A DNA stretch of 63,968 bases, the filler included. It is 6 parts of 6 records of this genome, joined end to end, with 100 filler letters (N's around TTAATTAATTAA, not from the genome) between each part and the next. Parts side by side here need not be neighbours in the genome. Positions count along the whole stretch, not along the records: positions 1 to 21,463 come from DRR723986_14486; 5 more parts are not named here. One strand, 5' to 3'. Positions 1 to 9,514 of this stretch are shown one piece after another. Numbering within the stretch: position 1 is the first letter of the stretch; each line of letters starts with the position of its first letter. The notes under the pieces are model-generated. The model was given only the letters and a program-made list of their open reading frames with translations, was not told the origin of the DNA and ran no database searches. The position numbers and the translations under genes were made by a program.

Positions 1-1092
1 GTACTGGCCGTAGATGTTGCCCATCAGCTCCGACATGATGTTCTTGTGATACCAGGGGGGCCGGAAAGTATCTTCCATCACCATCCAGCGCTCGCGGAAC
101 AGCACGAAGTCGATGTTGGCGGTGCCCGGAACGCCGGACGGAGCGGTAAGCACCGTGAAGATCGACGGATCGGGATGATCGAACAGGATCGACCCGATCG
201 GGCAATATTTCCTGAGGTCATATTTGCAGGGCGCGTAGTTGCCGTGCCAGGCAACAACGTCGAGTGGCGAGTGGCCGATTTTTGTTTCGTGGAACTGGCC
301 GCACCATTTCACTGTCACCGTCGACGGGGCATCGCGATCCTCGTAGTGCGCGACAGGCGTCTTGAAGTCACGGCGGTTTGCCATGCAATTGGCTCCGATC
401 GGCCCCCTGCCCGGCAGTTCGAATTTCTGGCCGTAGTTCTCGCAGACGAACCCGCGAGCCGGACCTTCCACCAGCTCGACCCGGTAAACGAGGCCGCGCG
501 GAAGGATTGCGATTTCCTTCGGCTCCAGTTCGATCACGCCCAGCTCGGTGCAAAACCTGAGGACACCTTCCTGCGGAACCACCAGTAATTCGCTGTCGGC
601 GGAGTAGAAATATTCGTCCTCCATCGACTTGGTGATCAGGTAGATGTGGCTGGCCATGCCAACCTGTGTATTGACGTCGCCGGCCGTCGTCATGGTGCGC
701 ATACCGGTCAGCCAGTTGAGGCCTTCATCCGTGTGTGGCACCGGGTCCCAGCGGTACTGGCCGAGCGAAACCACGTCATCGCAGACATTCGGAGCCGACT
801 TCCAGTACGGCAGGTCGATCTTCCTGAACCGGCTGGTGTGCTTGACTGACGGGCGGATGCGATAGCACCAGGTCCGCTCGTTCTGATGGCTTGGTGCGGT
901 AAAGGCGGTGCCGGACAACTGCTCGCCATATAGGCCGTAGGCACATTTCTGCGGGCTGTTCATACCCTGCGGCAGGGCGCCTGGCAGAGCCTCGGTTTCA
1001 AAATCGTTGCCGAAGCCCGGCATATATTCCAGATCCGCCGTGTTACGGCCGTTTCCAGCTAGATTTTGATTGCTGTCGGTTCTCTGATCCAT
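1..1092 (-). CDS. hmgA: Homogentisate 1,2-dioxygenase, 3' end cut off by the window edge
   Basis: Absent from the ORF track. My manual translation from ATG 1092 is open to position 1 and gives [45 protein letters not shown]...[20 protein letters not shown], which are hallmark HmgA motifs. Confidence 0.95.
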   Translation of the reverse strand, partial: MDQRTDSNQNLAGNGRNTADLEYMPGFGNDFETEALPGALPQGMNSPQKCAYGLYGEQLSGTAFTAPSHQNERTWCYRIRPSVKHTSRFRKIDLPYWKSAPNVCDDVVSLGQYRWDPVPHTDEGLNWLTGMRTMTTAGDVNTQVGMASHIYLITKSMEDEYFYSADSELLVVPQEGVLRFCTELGVIELEPKEIAILPRGLVYRVELVEGPARGFVCENYGQKFELPGRGPIGANCMANRRDFKTPVAHYEDRDAPSTVTVKWCGQFHETKIGHSPLDVVAWHGNYAPCKYDLRKYCPIGSILFDHPDPSIFTVLTAPSGVPGTANIDFVLFRERWMVMEDTFRPPWYHKNIMSELMGNIYGQY

Positions 1093-1121
1093 GACGTCCT
1101 CCCGGTTCGGAGATGAATTTA

Positions 1122-1156
1122 GTTGCATATGTAACCATTTTGATCCCTGGGATCAA
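1122..1156. promoter_or_regulatory. Two palindromes in the divergent hmgA/MCP promoter region; candidate operators
   Basis: GTTGCATATGTAAC (1122-1135, imperfect palindrome) and TTGATCCC-T-GGGATCAA (1140-1156, perfect 8-bp arms). Confidence 0.45.
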
Positions 1157-1284
1157 GCGGCATGTCGATGCTTTTACGACCGGGCCGGATTTTCTCCTGC
1201 CGCAATGCAAAAAAACCGCAGAACGTAAGCTTTGCTTTACGTGCGTCTCCTAGGGTTCCCGCAGTCTCACCGTTGGAGCTTTTC

Positions 1285-3318
1285 ATGTCTCTTAGAAATC
1301 GAATCTTTTTCGCCTCGAGCGGCGTGTTCCTGGTTGGATTCCTGACGCTTATTCTTGCCGTCACCTTCATGACCCAGGCCACGTCGCAAAAATCGGGTGA
1401 AGATCTCATCCGCAAGACTGCCGAGGCACTTGCTCTGGATGCCGGCAAGACACTGGCACAGGCACAGCTTGCGGCCCGCGCTGCGGCCGATGCCCTGGAG
1501 GGAATGCAGCACGCCGGCGTTAGCGATCGCAACGCCTATGCAGCCGTGATGGAGCACCAGATCAGCCAGAACAAACATTTTGTCGGCGGCGGTGCGATCC
1601 TGGAACCGGACATGGCCGGCAATGACGCGGACAATGCAGGCGCCAACTTCTCCGACGACAAGGGACGCTTCATTCCGTATTTCTATAACGACGGTGCAAA
1701 AGTCGCTTGGGAACCGCTCCTGTTCGGTGGCGATAGCGGCTCTGAAGAGTGGTACGACAAGCCGAAGAACCTGGGCCACGACACGGTGACCGAGCCCTAT
1801 CTCTACCCGGTCAATAATGTCGACGTGCTGATGGCGACGGCCTCCTCGCCGATCAAGGATGCTTCCGGACGCGGCATCGGTGGCGCCACCATCGACGTGT
1901 CGCTGGAAGGCCTGCAGAAGGCGGTGAGCGCCGGCCAGACCTATGAAAGCGGCTATGTCGGCCTTCTCAGCGAAACCGGTGTCTGGGTGTCCCATCCGGA
2001 CGCAGCCCTCCTCGGCCAGAAGGCCGATGCGGCAATGGTCGGCAAGATCCAGTCGATCAAGAATGAAGCTGCCTTCACGACCGAAAACGGTACCGTGGAA
2101 GCCATCAAGGGCTTCGAACTGGACGGCACCGGCCAGCACTGGTTCATTGTTGTCGCCGTTGACGAGAGCGAACTTCTGGCAAGCGCCAATTCCACCATGC
2201 AGATGAGCCTGCTGCTCGCCCTCGGCCTGCTGGTAGCCGGCACGTTCCTGATGTGGATGCTTGGTTCCACAATTGCCGGACCGGTGCAGATGCTGACCGC
2301 TCGCATGCGCAAGCTTGCCGAAGGCGATGTCGATACGCCAGTGGCCTATCTCGACCGCAAGGACGAAATCGGCCAGATGGCCGGTGCGCTGGAAATCTTC
2401 GTTGAAAACGAAACCGAACGGCGGTCGCTGCAGAACGACACCGAGCAGGCCCAACACAGCCAGCTGGAGCGCCAGAAGACTGTCGAAGCCCTGATCGAAA
2501 CCTTCGAGCGCGACGTCCACGCCGTTCTCGACCAGGTCAGCGGCAACAGCAAGCGCATGGAGCAGACCGCGGCGTCTCTCGATGCGATCGCGCGCGACAC
2601 TTCCGCCAAGGTTTCCTCGGTTGCCGGATCTTCCGAAGTTGCACAGAGCAGCGTCCAGACAGTGGCTTCCGCCGCTGAAGAGCTGTCCGCCTCGATTTCC
2701 GAAATCGGTCGCCAGATCGGCCAGACGAAGGAAGTCGTCACGAGCGCTACCCGTGCCGCCAACGATTCCAACGACAAGGTCGGAAGCCTCGACAGCGCCG
2801 CGCAGAAGATCGGTGAAGTGGTCAGCCTCATCCAGGCGATCGCCGAACAGACCAACTTGCTGGCGCTGAACGCCACCATCGAAGCCGCTCGCGCCGGAGA
2901 AGCCGGCAAGGGCTTTGCGGTGGTTGCCGCGGAAGTGAAGGAACTGGCCACGCAAACCGCCAAGGCGACGGAAGAAATCTCCACGCAGGTCACCGGTATC
3001 CAGTCCTCGACACGCAATGCCGTCGGCTCGATCCAGGAAATCGCCAGCACCATGGAAGAGGTCAACCAGTTCACGGCAGCCATTGCCGCGGCGATCTCGC
3101 AGCAGGGTGATGCCACCAACGAGATCAGCCACAATGTCCAGCAGGCAGCCAGCTGCACCAGCGACATGAGCAACAGCGTTGGCGACGTGATGCAGGCAGC
3201 CGAGGAAACCAGCAGCTCGGCAGCCGACGTCCTGTCGGTCTCCCAGTCGGTTTCCGAACATGCCCAGGGCTTGCAGGCCACCATTGCAGACTTCCTGAGC
3301 CGCGTTCGCGCTGCTTAA
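1285..3318 (+). CDS. Methyl-accepting chemotaxis protein (TM, dCache sensor, TM, HAMP, signalling domain)
   Basis: [37 protein letters not shown] signature; dCache-like [29 protein letters not shown] 1285 preferred as start. Confidence 0.95.
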   Translation: MSLRNRIFFASSGVFLVGFLTLILAVTFMTQATSQKSGEDLIRKTAEALALDAGKTLAQAQLAARAAADALEGMQHAGVSDRNAYAAVMEHQISQNKHFVGGGAILEPDMAGNDADNAGANFSDDKGRFIPYFYNDGAKVAWEPLLFGGDSGSEEWYDKPKNLGHDTVTEPYLYPVNNVDVLMATASSPIKDASGRGIGGATIDVSLEGLQKAVSAGQTYESGYVGLLSETGVWVSHPDAALLGQKADAAMVGKIQSIKNEAAFTTENGTVEAIKGFELDGTGQHWFIVVAVDESELLASANSTMQMSLLLALGLLVAGTFLMWMLGSTIAGPVQMLTARMRKLAEGDVDTPVAYLDRKDEIGQMAGALEIFVENETERRSLQNDTEQAQHSQLERQKTVEALIETFERDVHAVLDQVSGNSKRMEQTAASLDAIARDTSAKVSSVAGSSEVAQSSVQTVASAAEELSASISEIGRQIGQTKEVVTSATRAANDSNDKVGSLDSAAQKIGEVVSLIQAIAEQTNLLALNATIEAARAGEAGKGFAVVAAEVKELATQTAKATEEISTQVTGIQSSTRNAVGSIQEIASTMEEVNQFTAAIAAAISQQGDATNEISHNVQQAASCTSDMSNSVGDVMQAAEETSSSAADVLSVSQSVSEHAQGLQATIADFLSRVRAA

Positions 3319-3338
3319 GTCAGGCACATAACCTCACG

Positions 3339-3379
3339 AACCGGGTTCGCGCAAACCCTTGTGCGAGCCCGGTTTTTTT
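3339..3379 (+). terminator. Rho-independent terminator after the MCP gene
   Basis: AACCGGGTTCGCGCAA/TTGTGCGAGCCCGGTT stem followed by a T-tract. Confidence 0.8.
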
Positions 3380-3462
3380 GTTCTGTCCGGCATATTTCCC
3401 GTTCTCGGAAATGGCCGAATTGAGATTCCACTCTTGAATGAAAATACGAGCTGACGTAAAAA

Positions 3463-3477
3463 GAACAAAACAGGAAC
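3463..3477 (+). promoter_or_regulatory. Alphaproteobacterial LexA (SOS) box
   Basis: GAAC-AAAACAG-GAAC matches the GAAC-N7-GAAC direct repeat and lies immediately upstream of RBS GGAGA and ATG 3492. Confidence 0.7.
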
Positions 3478-3491
3478 ACTGGAGAAGATCG

Positions 3492-3806
3492 ATGCGGCTC
3501 GCCGACACTGCTGTTGCGCATTCCTGCGCTGTTTCCTCCGCTGCCGCGTCGACGCCAGGCACGGAACAACTGACCTCCGTCACGCGCGGCGAGGTCCGCA
3601 CCATGATGCTTTACCTGCGCAAGGCGCGGGAGCGGGCTATCGCGATCCGGGACAGGTCTCCTGGCGGCAGTTATCTGGAAAGCGTGCTTACCCGCACGAT
3701 CGATGGCATTTCGCTGGAGCTTTCGCAGCTCGACTATCTTCTGGCATCTCAGCCCGTTGATCCGTCGCGCAACTCTTCCACAAGACGGATGCGCCCTGCA
3801 ATCTGA
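3492..3806 (+). CDS. Hypothetical small protein (104 aa), probably helical, possibly SOS-regulated
   Basis: ORF with RBS (GGAGAAG at 3481) fills the gap between the terminator and the GFA gene. No recognisable family motif. Confidence 0.6.
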   Translation: MRLADTAVAHSCAVSSAAASTPGTEQLTSVTRGEVRTMMLYLRKARERAIAIRDRSPGGSYLESVLTRTIDGISLELSQLDYLLASQPVDPSRNSSTRRMRPAI

Positions 3807-3873
3807 CCGGGTGGCCTTTGAAGGTGCAAGTTGCTATGCAGCAGCAGATCCCCACCTTGCAGGATGCTGTAAA

Positions 3874-4278
3874 ATGTCGGTTCACAAAGGACGTTGCCTG
3901 TGCGGCAACGCCACTTTCACCATCGAAGGCGACTTCGAGACCTTCTTTCTATGCCACTGCGGACATTGCCGGAAAGACACCGGATCCGCACATGCGGCCA
4001 ATCTCTTTTCCTCAACGGCAAGCCTTGCCTGGACTTCCGGTGAGGACAAGGTCAGGTCCTTCACGCTGGCTGGTACGCGCCACACGAAGGCCTTCTGCAC
4101 CGAGTGTGGATCAGCCCTTCCCAATCTTCAGATGGACGGCAAGCTACTGGTTGTGCCTGCAGGAAGTCTGGACACGCCCGTCACCCTAAAACCGGCAGGT
4201 CATATCTTCACCGCCAGCCGCGCCGACTGGGACGACGGCCTGGAAATTGTCCCGAAATTCGAAGCCTTGCCTTCCTGA
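3874..4278 (+). CDS. GFA (glutathione-dependent formaldehyde-activating / CENP-V-like) family protein
   Basis: HKGRCLCG, CHCGHCRK and FCTECGS zinc-binding Cys pattern. Confidence 0.9.
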   Translation: MSVHKGRCLCGNATFTIEGDFETFFLCHCGHCRKDTGSAHAANLFSSTASLAWTSGEDKVRSFTLAGTRHTKAFCTECGSALPNLQMDGKLLVVPAGSLDTPVTLKPAGHIFTASRADWDDGLEIVPKFEALPS

Positions 4279-4303
4279 AACCCGGAACGCCGGATCGGCT
4301 TGC

Positions 4304-4669
4304 CTATTCCCGTCGCAAGGCGCCGAAGAACCCGAGGACCGTCCTGAGTTTTCCGGTTTCTTCGTCAATCCAGACGACATCAAGCCCTTCCGGCAGCACC
4401 GTTCCGTCCGCATTGACCATCTGCCACGCGAACCGCGCTGAACCGTGGTGGCTGTCGACACTGCTGGTCCGAAGGATCTTCGCACCGACCCTTTTGGCCA
4501 GAACGCCGGAGATGTGGTCAACCAGCGCAGCGATACCGGTCACATCGGTTTCCGGGTCCGTGTATCTGACGTCTTCCGCTACGGACCTTCCGAGCAGATC
4601 CTGCCGATAGGATGGGTCACGTTCAGACCAGGCTGCACAATAGATGTCGATGGTCTCTTCCAGCGTCAT
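4304..4669 (-). CDS. SnoaL-like / NTF2-fold protein
   Basis: YCAAWSERD...VRYTDP...ARFAW...GLDVV...VLGFFG pattern. Confidence 0.75.
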   Translation of the reverse strand: MTLEETIDIYCAAWSERDPSYRQDLLGRSVAEDVRYTDPETDVTGIAALVDHISGVLAKRVGAKILRTSSVDSHHGSARFAWQMVNADGTVLPEGLDVVWIDEETGKLRTVLGFFGALRRE

Positions 4670-4749
4670 TTTTGCCTCCCTTGCAGTCTTCTGCAGAAGC
4701 ATGCGCGAAAGTTTGCCAACTCGCCAGTCAGTGTGCTGCAAAGGCCGCG

Positions 4750-6225
4750 TCAGGCGGCGGCTTCGTCACCCGGTGCCGTCTGCCAGCCAAGGTCGGTCAG
4801 CGTCACGATACGATTGCCGCGCAAGTCGGTGGCGCAGACAAGAAATCCGCGTTCTTCCATATGGCTCAACAGCCAACGCGCCCTGCCGGGAGACCGTGTG
4901 CCGTAGGCGGTGGCAATTTCAATGTTGCCGGGACATGGCGCCTTCGCGATCGCGGCCTTTGCCAGCAACAGGTACACACCGCGCATGTCTTCCGGCAGTT
5001 CGGAGGCGATCAGTTCCGCCTGGGCCCAGGCTCCGTCGTCCATTTCGCCCTTTTCGACGCCCGCACGGGCAACGGAGAGCTTTTCTCGGAAAGTCTGCAG
5101 GTCCGGTGCGCCGCCCGCCAATTTGGAAATGCGGCAGCGGACCTGAAAATCCTGATAGAGCGTTGCAATAGGCTGGAACGCAGCTTCCTCGTCTTCCAGA
5201 ATACCTGCAATGATTTCGGAAATTTTCTGCTCGCGTTCGCCAAAATCGAGCAGGCTCTCAGCCTGTGGCACGTCTTCAGCGCTAGCTCGTTCTGCACTGC
5301 TGAGCTGGTCGAGCACGTCGCCGGTCGAAACCACAGGCTCGACGAAACGCTGGCGGACCGGCTGAACTTCGTCCGCTCCCGGCGTGAAGATCAGATCCTT
5401 GGCGTCTTCCTTGGGCTGCTCCGGCAGTGGCAGCAGTTTGTGAGTTCCGCCCCGCCCCATCGTCTCCACCGGGCCGATCTTGACCGGAACGGGACGGCGC
5501 GACATGGCCGGTCCGAGAGCGATGAAGTGGCCCCTGTCGAGATTTCTGAAACTTTCGGCCTGGCGCCGCTCCATGCCGAGAAGGTCGGCAGCACGTGCCA
5601 TGTCGATATCCAGGAACGTACGGCCCATCAGGAAGTTGGACGCTTCTGCGGCGACGTTCTTGGCAAGCTTGGCGAGACGCTGGGTGGCAATGACGCCGGC
5701 AAGTCCGCGTTTGCGGCCGCGGCACATCAGGTTGGTCATGGCTCCGAGTGAACGGCGCCGGGCCTCCTCGGTCACCTCGCCGGCAGCGGCAGGTGCAAAG
5801 AGCTGTGCTTCATCAACGATGACCAGCATCGGATACCAGAGATCGCGGTCCGCATCGAACAGGCCGTCGAGAAAGGTTGCAGCCGCTTTCATTTGCCGGT
5901 CCGCATCAAGACCTTCCAGATTAAGCACCACCGACACCCGGTGCTGGCGCACACGTGCGGCGATCATCTGAAGATCCTTTTCGGTGCCGACCGCATCGAC
6001 AACGACATGGCCGAACTTATCTGCCAGAGACACGAAGTCGCCTTCGGGATCGATTATGGCCTGCTGGACCCAGCTCGCGGACTGTTCAAGAAGCCGGCGC
6101 AGGAGATGCGACTTTCCCGAGCCGGAATTGCCCTGCACCAGAAGGCGCGTTGCCAGCAGTTCTTCCAGATCAAGACCGGCGCGTGCGCCGCCTGTCATTT
6201 CCCCGATATCGATTTGTACCGTCAT
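4750..6225 (-). CDS. HerA/FtsK-superfamily ATP-binding protein (DUF87/DUF853-like)
   Basis: Walker A GNSGSGKS, IIDPEGDF, Walker B VIVDEAQLFAP, RGRKRGL and ATQR motifs. Confidence 0.85.
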   Translation of the reverse strand: MTVQIDIGEMTGGARAGLDLEELLATRLLVQGNSGSGKSHLLRRLLEQSASWVQQAIIDPEGDFVSLADKFGHVVVDAVGTEKDLQMIAARVRQHRVSVVLNLEGLDADRQMKAAATFLDGLFDADRDLWYPMLVIVDEAQLFAPAAAGEVTEEARRRSLGAMTNLMCRGRKRGLAGVIATQRLAKLAKNVAAEASNFLMGRTFLDIDMARAADLLGMERRQAESFRNLDRGHFIALGPAMSRRPVPVKIGPVETMGRGGTHKLLPLPEQPKEDAKDLIFTPGADEVQPVRQRFVEPVVSTGDVLDQLSSAERASAEDVPQAESLLDFGEREQKISEIIAGILEDEEAAFQPIATLYQDFQVRCRISKLAGGAPDLQTFREKLSVARAGVEKGEMDDGAWAQAELIASELPEDMRGVYLLLAKAAIAKAPCPGNIEIATAYGTRSPGRARWLLSHMEERGFLVCATDLRGNRIVTLTDLGWQTAPGDEAAA

Positions 6226-6512
6226 GCGACCACTTTTCTTGCAGCCTCGGCAGCGCTGCGGCTTCTCCGTTTTCTGGATTTCGTGCAGTGCGGTAGTCAG
6301 CACGATTCCGTGCCACTTGCAAAGCCAGCCTGCCGGGAAAGCCGGGTTTTCCCAGAATTCCACCGAATAGCAACCTTTAAGTGACAGGCTGCCTCCAGAA
6401 GATGCCGAAAATCCGGTTCGGGCCTGCGTTAAGCAATGTCGGCTTTGCCAGGTGCCACGCAGGACTTCTGTGCTAAGGTTGGTAGAACGGGAGCTTTTTC
6501 AGGGAAATCGCT

Positions 6513-7343
6513 GTGACAGTCAATGGATTGGCAGGCTCTTCGTGCCGGCTCGTTTTAATACAACTCAAAACGCTGCTTGCCGGCGCTGTGTTGTCGATCC
6601 TTGCGCTTGCGGTGCATGCCGCCAAAGCCGATATCGTCCGTATCGCCGTCGGTGAGTGGCCCCCTTATTTTTCCGAAAGTGACGAAGGATACGGAACCTA
6701 CGCCAAGGTCGTCGCAAAGGCCTTCGAACTTGAAGGCCTTACGGTGGAGTACGGCTTCTTTCCCTGGAAACGTGCCTTGCTGGAAGCCCAGTCCGGCCGC
6801 TGGCAGGCTTCCGCAGGTTGGGGCAAAACCGCTGAGCGAGAACCTTTCTTTCATTTCTGCGACGCGGTTCTGGTTGAGCGCGAGCAATTCTTCTATTCGT
6901 CAGACCGACCTGTGAATGCGCAAAATGTGCAGGACCTCAGCGGATTGAGCCTTGGCGCACTTGACGGTGCAGCCCTTGGGGAGGACCTGGATAAACTGGT
7001 TACCGCCGATCAGATCACCGTCTATCGCCAAAGTTCCCTGGCAGACCTTTTCAAGATGCTTGATGTAGGGCGTGTCGATGTGGTCATGGGCAACGGAGAG
7101 GTGGCTGCCGATGCATTGGCTGACGCTTTTTCTCCCGAGGAGACCGCGCGTTTCAAATCGTTGGAAAACGTCAACGTCCTTTGGGACTACCGCGTAATCG
7201 TTTCCAGGAACATCGAAAGCGGTGAGGAACTGTGCACCCGGTTCAACCAAGGTTTGAGGAAGCTTCGAGACACCGGAGAATATGACCGCCTTTTGTGGCC
7301 GGAACGCGATGGCGAGGGTCAGTCCCAGGCCAGCCCGTCCTGA
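6513..7343 (+). CDS. Periplasmic substrate-binding protein (family 3-like); start uncertain
   Basis: Signal peptide (AVHA/AKA), EWPPY, FPWKRAL, GRVDVV and FNQGLRKLRDTGEYDRL. Confidence 0.8.
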   Translation: MTVNGLAGSSCRLVLIQLKTLLAGAVLSILALAVHAAKADIVRIAVGEWPPYFSESDEGYGTYAKVVAKAFELEGLTVEYGFFPWKRALLEAQSGRWQASAGWGKTAEREPFFHFCDAVLVEREQFFYSSDRPVNAQNVQDLSGLSLGALDGAALGEDLDKLVTADQITVYRQSSLADLFKMLDVGRVDVVMGNGEVAADALADAFSPEETARFKSLENVNVLWDYRVIVSRNIESGEELCTRFNQGLRKLRDTGEYDRLLWPERDGEGQSQASPS

Positions 7344-7501
7344 GGCCCGGGCAGCCGCGAGAAAGAAGCAGGCTCTGATTTGGCTCGCTCGATTGCTTGC
7401 AATGCCTGAAAGGCTTCACAACGAGTTCAAATCTGTCCCCTTCCAAATGGGGATATCCTGCCCCATGTGAACATAATAAGAATCATATTGGGATGGACCG
7501 G

Positions 7502-8158
7502 ATGAAAATTCATGCAGACCTGACGCAGCCTGCAATTGTCGACAGCGCCACGCTCGACTGGGTGCCCTCACCAATGGCAGGTGTGGAGCGGAGGATGCTG
7601 GAGCGCGATGGTGAAGAGGTCGCGCGAGCCACCAGTCTGGTCAGATACGCTCCCGGCTCTGCCTTTTCCGCCCACAAGCATGACATGGGTGAAGAATTTC
7701 TGGTTCTGGACGGTGTGTTCTCGGATGAAAGCGGGGATTTTCCCAAAGGCATGTATGTGCGCAATCCTCCGGGCTCCAGCCATGTGCCTTCGAGCGAACC
7801 TGGCGCCGTCATCCTTGTGAAATTACGCCAGATGCAGCCTGACGATGATGCCTTTGTCCGGGTGAACACTCTGGACCCCAGCGGCTGGCAGGCCGGCAGA
7901 CCCGGAGAGAGCATCCTGCCGCTGTTCATCCGGCCGGAAGAGGAAGTGGTGATGCTCGACTGGGAAAGAGGCGCCAGACTGGCTCCGCAGACCTTCCCGG
8001 GCGGAGCGGAGTATTTTGTCGTTGAAGGCAGTTTCGAAGACCAGAGCGGCCGTCACGATCAAGGCACCTGGATACGCCTGCCGGCGGGAACCCGGCAGGA
8101 AATCACGACAACCCAGGGCGCCCGCGTCTGGAGAAAGACGGGTCACCTGGCGTTCTGA
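7502..8158 (+). CDS. ChrR-like double cupin protein
   Basis: WVPSPMAGVERRMLERDGEEVARATSLVRYAPGSAFSAHKHDMGEEFLVLDG; second cupin GGAEYFVVEG. Confidence 0.9.
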   Translation: MKIHADLTQPAIVDSATLDWVPSPMAGVERRMLERDGEEVARATSLVRYAPGSAFSAHKHDMGEEFLVLDGVFSDESGDFPKGMYVRNPPGSSHVPSSEPGAVILVKLRQMQPDDDAFVRVNTLDPSGWQAGRPGESILPLFIRPEEEVVMLDWERGARLAPQTFPGGAEYFVVEGSFEDQSGRHDQGTWIRLPAGTRQEITTTQGARVWRKTGHLAF

Positions 8159-8688
8159 GTTGCCCAGTGCTGGAGGGCTGTCCCCCTGGCAAGCTGGGTT
8201 TTGACGATCATCTTGTGCAACGGCAGGATCAACGCCAGATAGGCATGACCGGCCAGGTTATGCCGTTTGCAGCAGGTCGAGACATAGATCCGCGCGGCTC
8301 CTCCCCTTTTGCGGAACACGGAGACACGGAAATCCTGGTGCCAGTCGTTCTCGCCCAGAATGATCTCATCTTCTGAAACCGAATAGATCTTGAAGAAACC
8401 GATCCGGTCTCCCTCGCCCTTGCAGATGATGTTATCGGCGCCTTGTTCCTGTGCCAAAGCCTTCGTTGTCTTCATGCCGACGAGCCCTGCAAGCTTGTCG
8501 CGGAACGAGAGAAGCGCAGTCACCCAGCCGATTTCTGCCATCAGAATGCGTTCGGCAAGTACGCGCATATCTGCGGTCAACAGATCTTCCCGTCCGCGGA
8601 TCGGGATCGAAAAGGTGTCGAGATAATCGTCGGCCGCCTTATAGGTATTGAGGAGACTTTCTTCCGGCAGTTTGTCGGTCATGGCCAT
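8143..8688 (-). CDS. DUF2867-like protein
   Basis: DYLDTF, LLSFRDKL, GDRIGFFKI, EIILGENDWHQDFRVSV and HNLAGHAYLALILPLHKMIV pattern. Confidence 0.75.
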   Translation of the reverse strand: MAMTDKLPEESLLNTYKAADDYLDTFSIPIRGREDLLTADMRVLAERILMAEIGWVTALLSFRDKLAGLVGMKTTKALAQEQGADNIICKGEGDRIGFFKIYSVSEDEIILGENDWHQDFRVSVFRKRGGAARIYVSTCCKRHNLAGHAYLALILPLHKMIVKTQLARGTALQHWATQNAR

Positions 8689-8769
8689 GCCCTGGTTTCC
8701 TCCAGCAAATTCGACTTGCCAATCCTATACCTGCCGCCACCGGAAAAACCCCTTGCAGATTGCCGCAGC

Positions 8770-8802
8770 AAAAAGGCAGCGGAATCAGCCCGCTGCCTTT
8801 TT
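8770..8802. terminator. Terminator hairpin downstream of the nitroreductase gene
   Basis: AAAAAGGCAGCGG-loop-CCGCTGCCTTTTT. Confidence 0.8.
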
Positions 8803-8832
8803 GGGAAAGCGATTGTGTGCCGACCTCGGCGT

Positions 8833-9417
8833 TCAGGCCCAGGCACCTGCGAAAGCGATTTCAGCCAGCGGTTTGCGGCTGCTTGGGGTTTCGCGTTCCT
8901 GCAAGGTTTCAGGCAGGTCCGCAGTGTCCCCCCGCCGGCCGATGGCAATGGCGATCTGCGGCAGGTAGCGCTCTGGCACACCGAGTTTTTCGTGGATCTC
9001 GTCTTTCAGGATCCCGGCCATGCCATGCGCATGAAAACCAAGCGCGGTTGCCTGCAGGGCTGCATGCGCCCATGCTGAACCGGCATCGAAGGTGTGCAAG
9101 CCGTTGGCTCTGTTCGGTTTGCCGTCCTTGCCGTCCACTTCGCTGTCGGAAAACAGATAGACAAGTGCGGAGGCGTGTTGCGCCCAGTCGCGGTTGAACG
9201 GGTTGAGAAGATCGACCAGGACCTGCCAGTCGGCATCGCCCCTGCGGGCATAGACGAAACGCCAAGGCTGGATGTTGAACGCAGACGGCGACCAGCGGGC
9301 GGCCTCCAGAATGGTTTTCAGATCCGCTTCCTCGATCGTCGACCGGTCAAAGGCACGCGGTGACCAACGGTCGACGAACAGGTTTTCAATCGGATGATCG
9401 GGTGTACGGGCAGTCAT
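8833..9417 (-). CDS. Nitroreductase family protein
   Basis: RWSPRAF, AARWSPSAFNIQPWRF, FDAGSAW and HGMAG motifs. Confidence 0.92.
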   Translation of the reverse strand: MTARTPDHPIENLFVDRWSPRAFDRSTIEEADLKTILEAARWSPSAFNIQPWRFVYARRGDADWQVLVDLLNPFNRDWAQHASALVYLFSDSEVDGKDGKPNRANGLHTFDAGSAWAHAALQATALGFHAHGMAGILKDEIHEKLGVPERYLPQIAIAIGRRGDTADLPETLQERETPSSRKPLAEIAFAGAWA

Positions 9418-9481
9418 GAGCAGTGTCTCCAGTCTATCCCCGGCATATATCCATCGGACTGAACAGGAGATAGGTGTTTTT

Positions 9482-9499
9482 TATCTCGATATCAAGATA
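9482..9499. promoter_or_regulatory. Palindromic operator candidate upstream of the nitroreductase gene
   Basis: TATCTCGATATCAAGATA, an 18-bp palindrome with one mismatched pair. Confidence 0.55.
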
Positions 9500-9514
9500 C
9501 TTTACTCCAAGATT

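Noticed and set aside
1267..3327. 686-aa minus-strand ORF opposite the MCP, and similar long antisense ORFs (e.g. 50667-52154, 57572-58906, 4612-5751)
   Set aside because: These are shadow ORFs of high-GC genes with no motifs; the opposite strand has clear family signatures.
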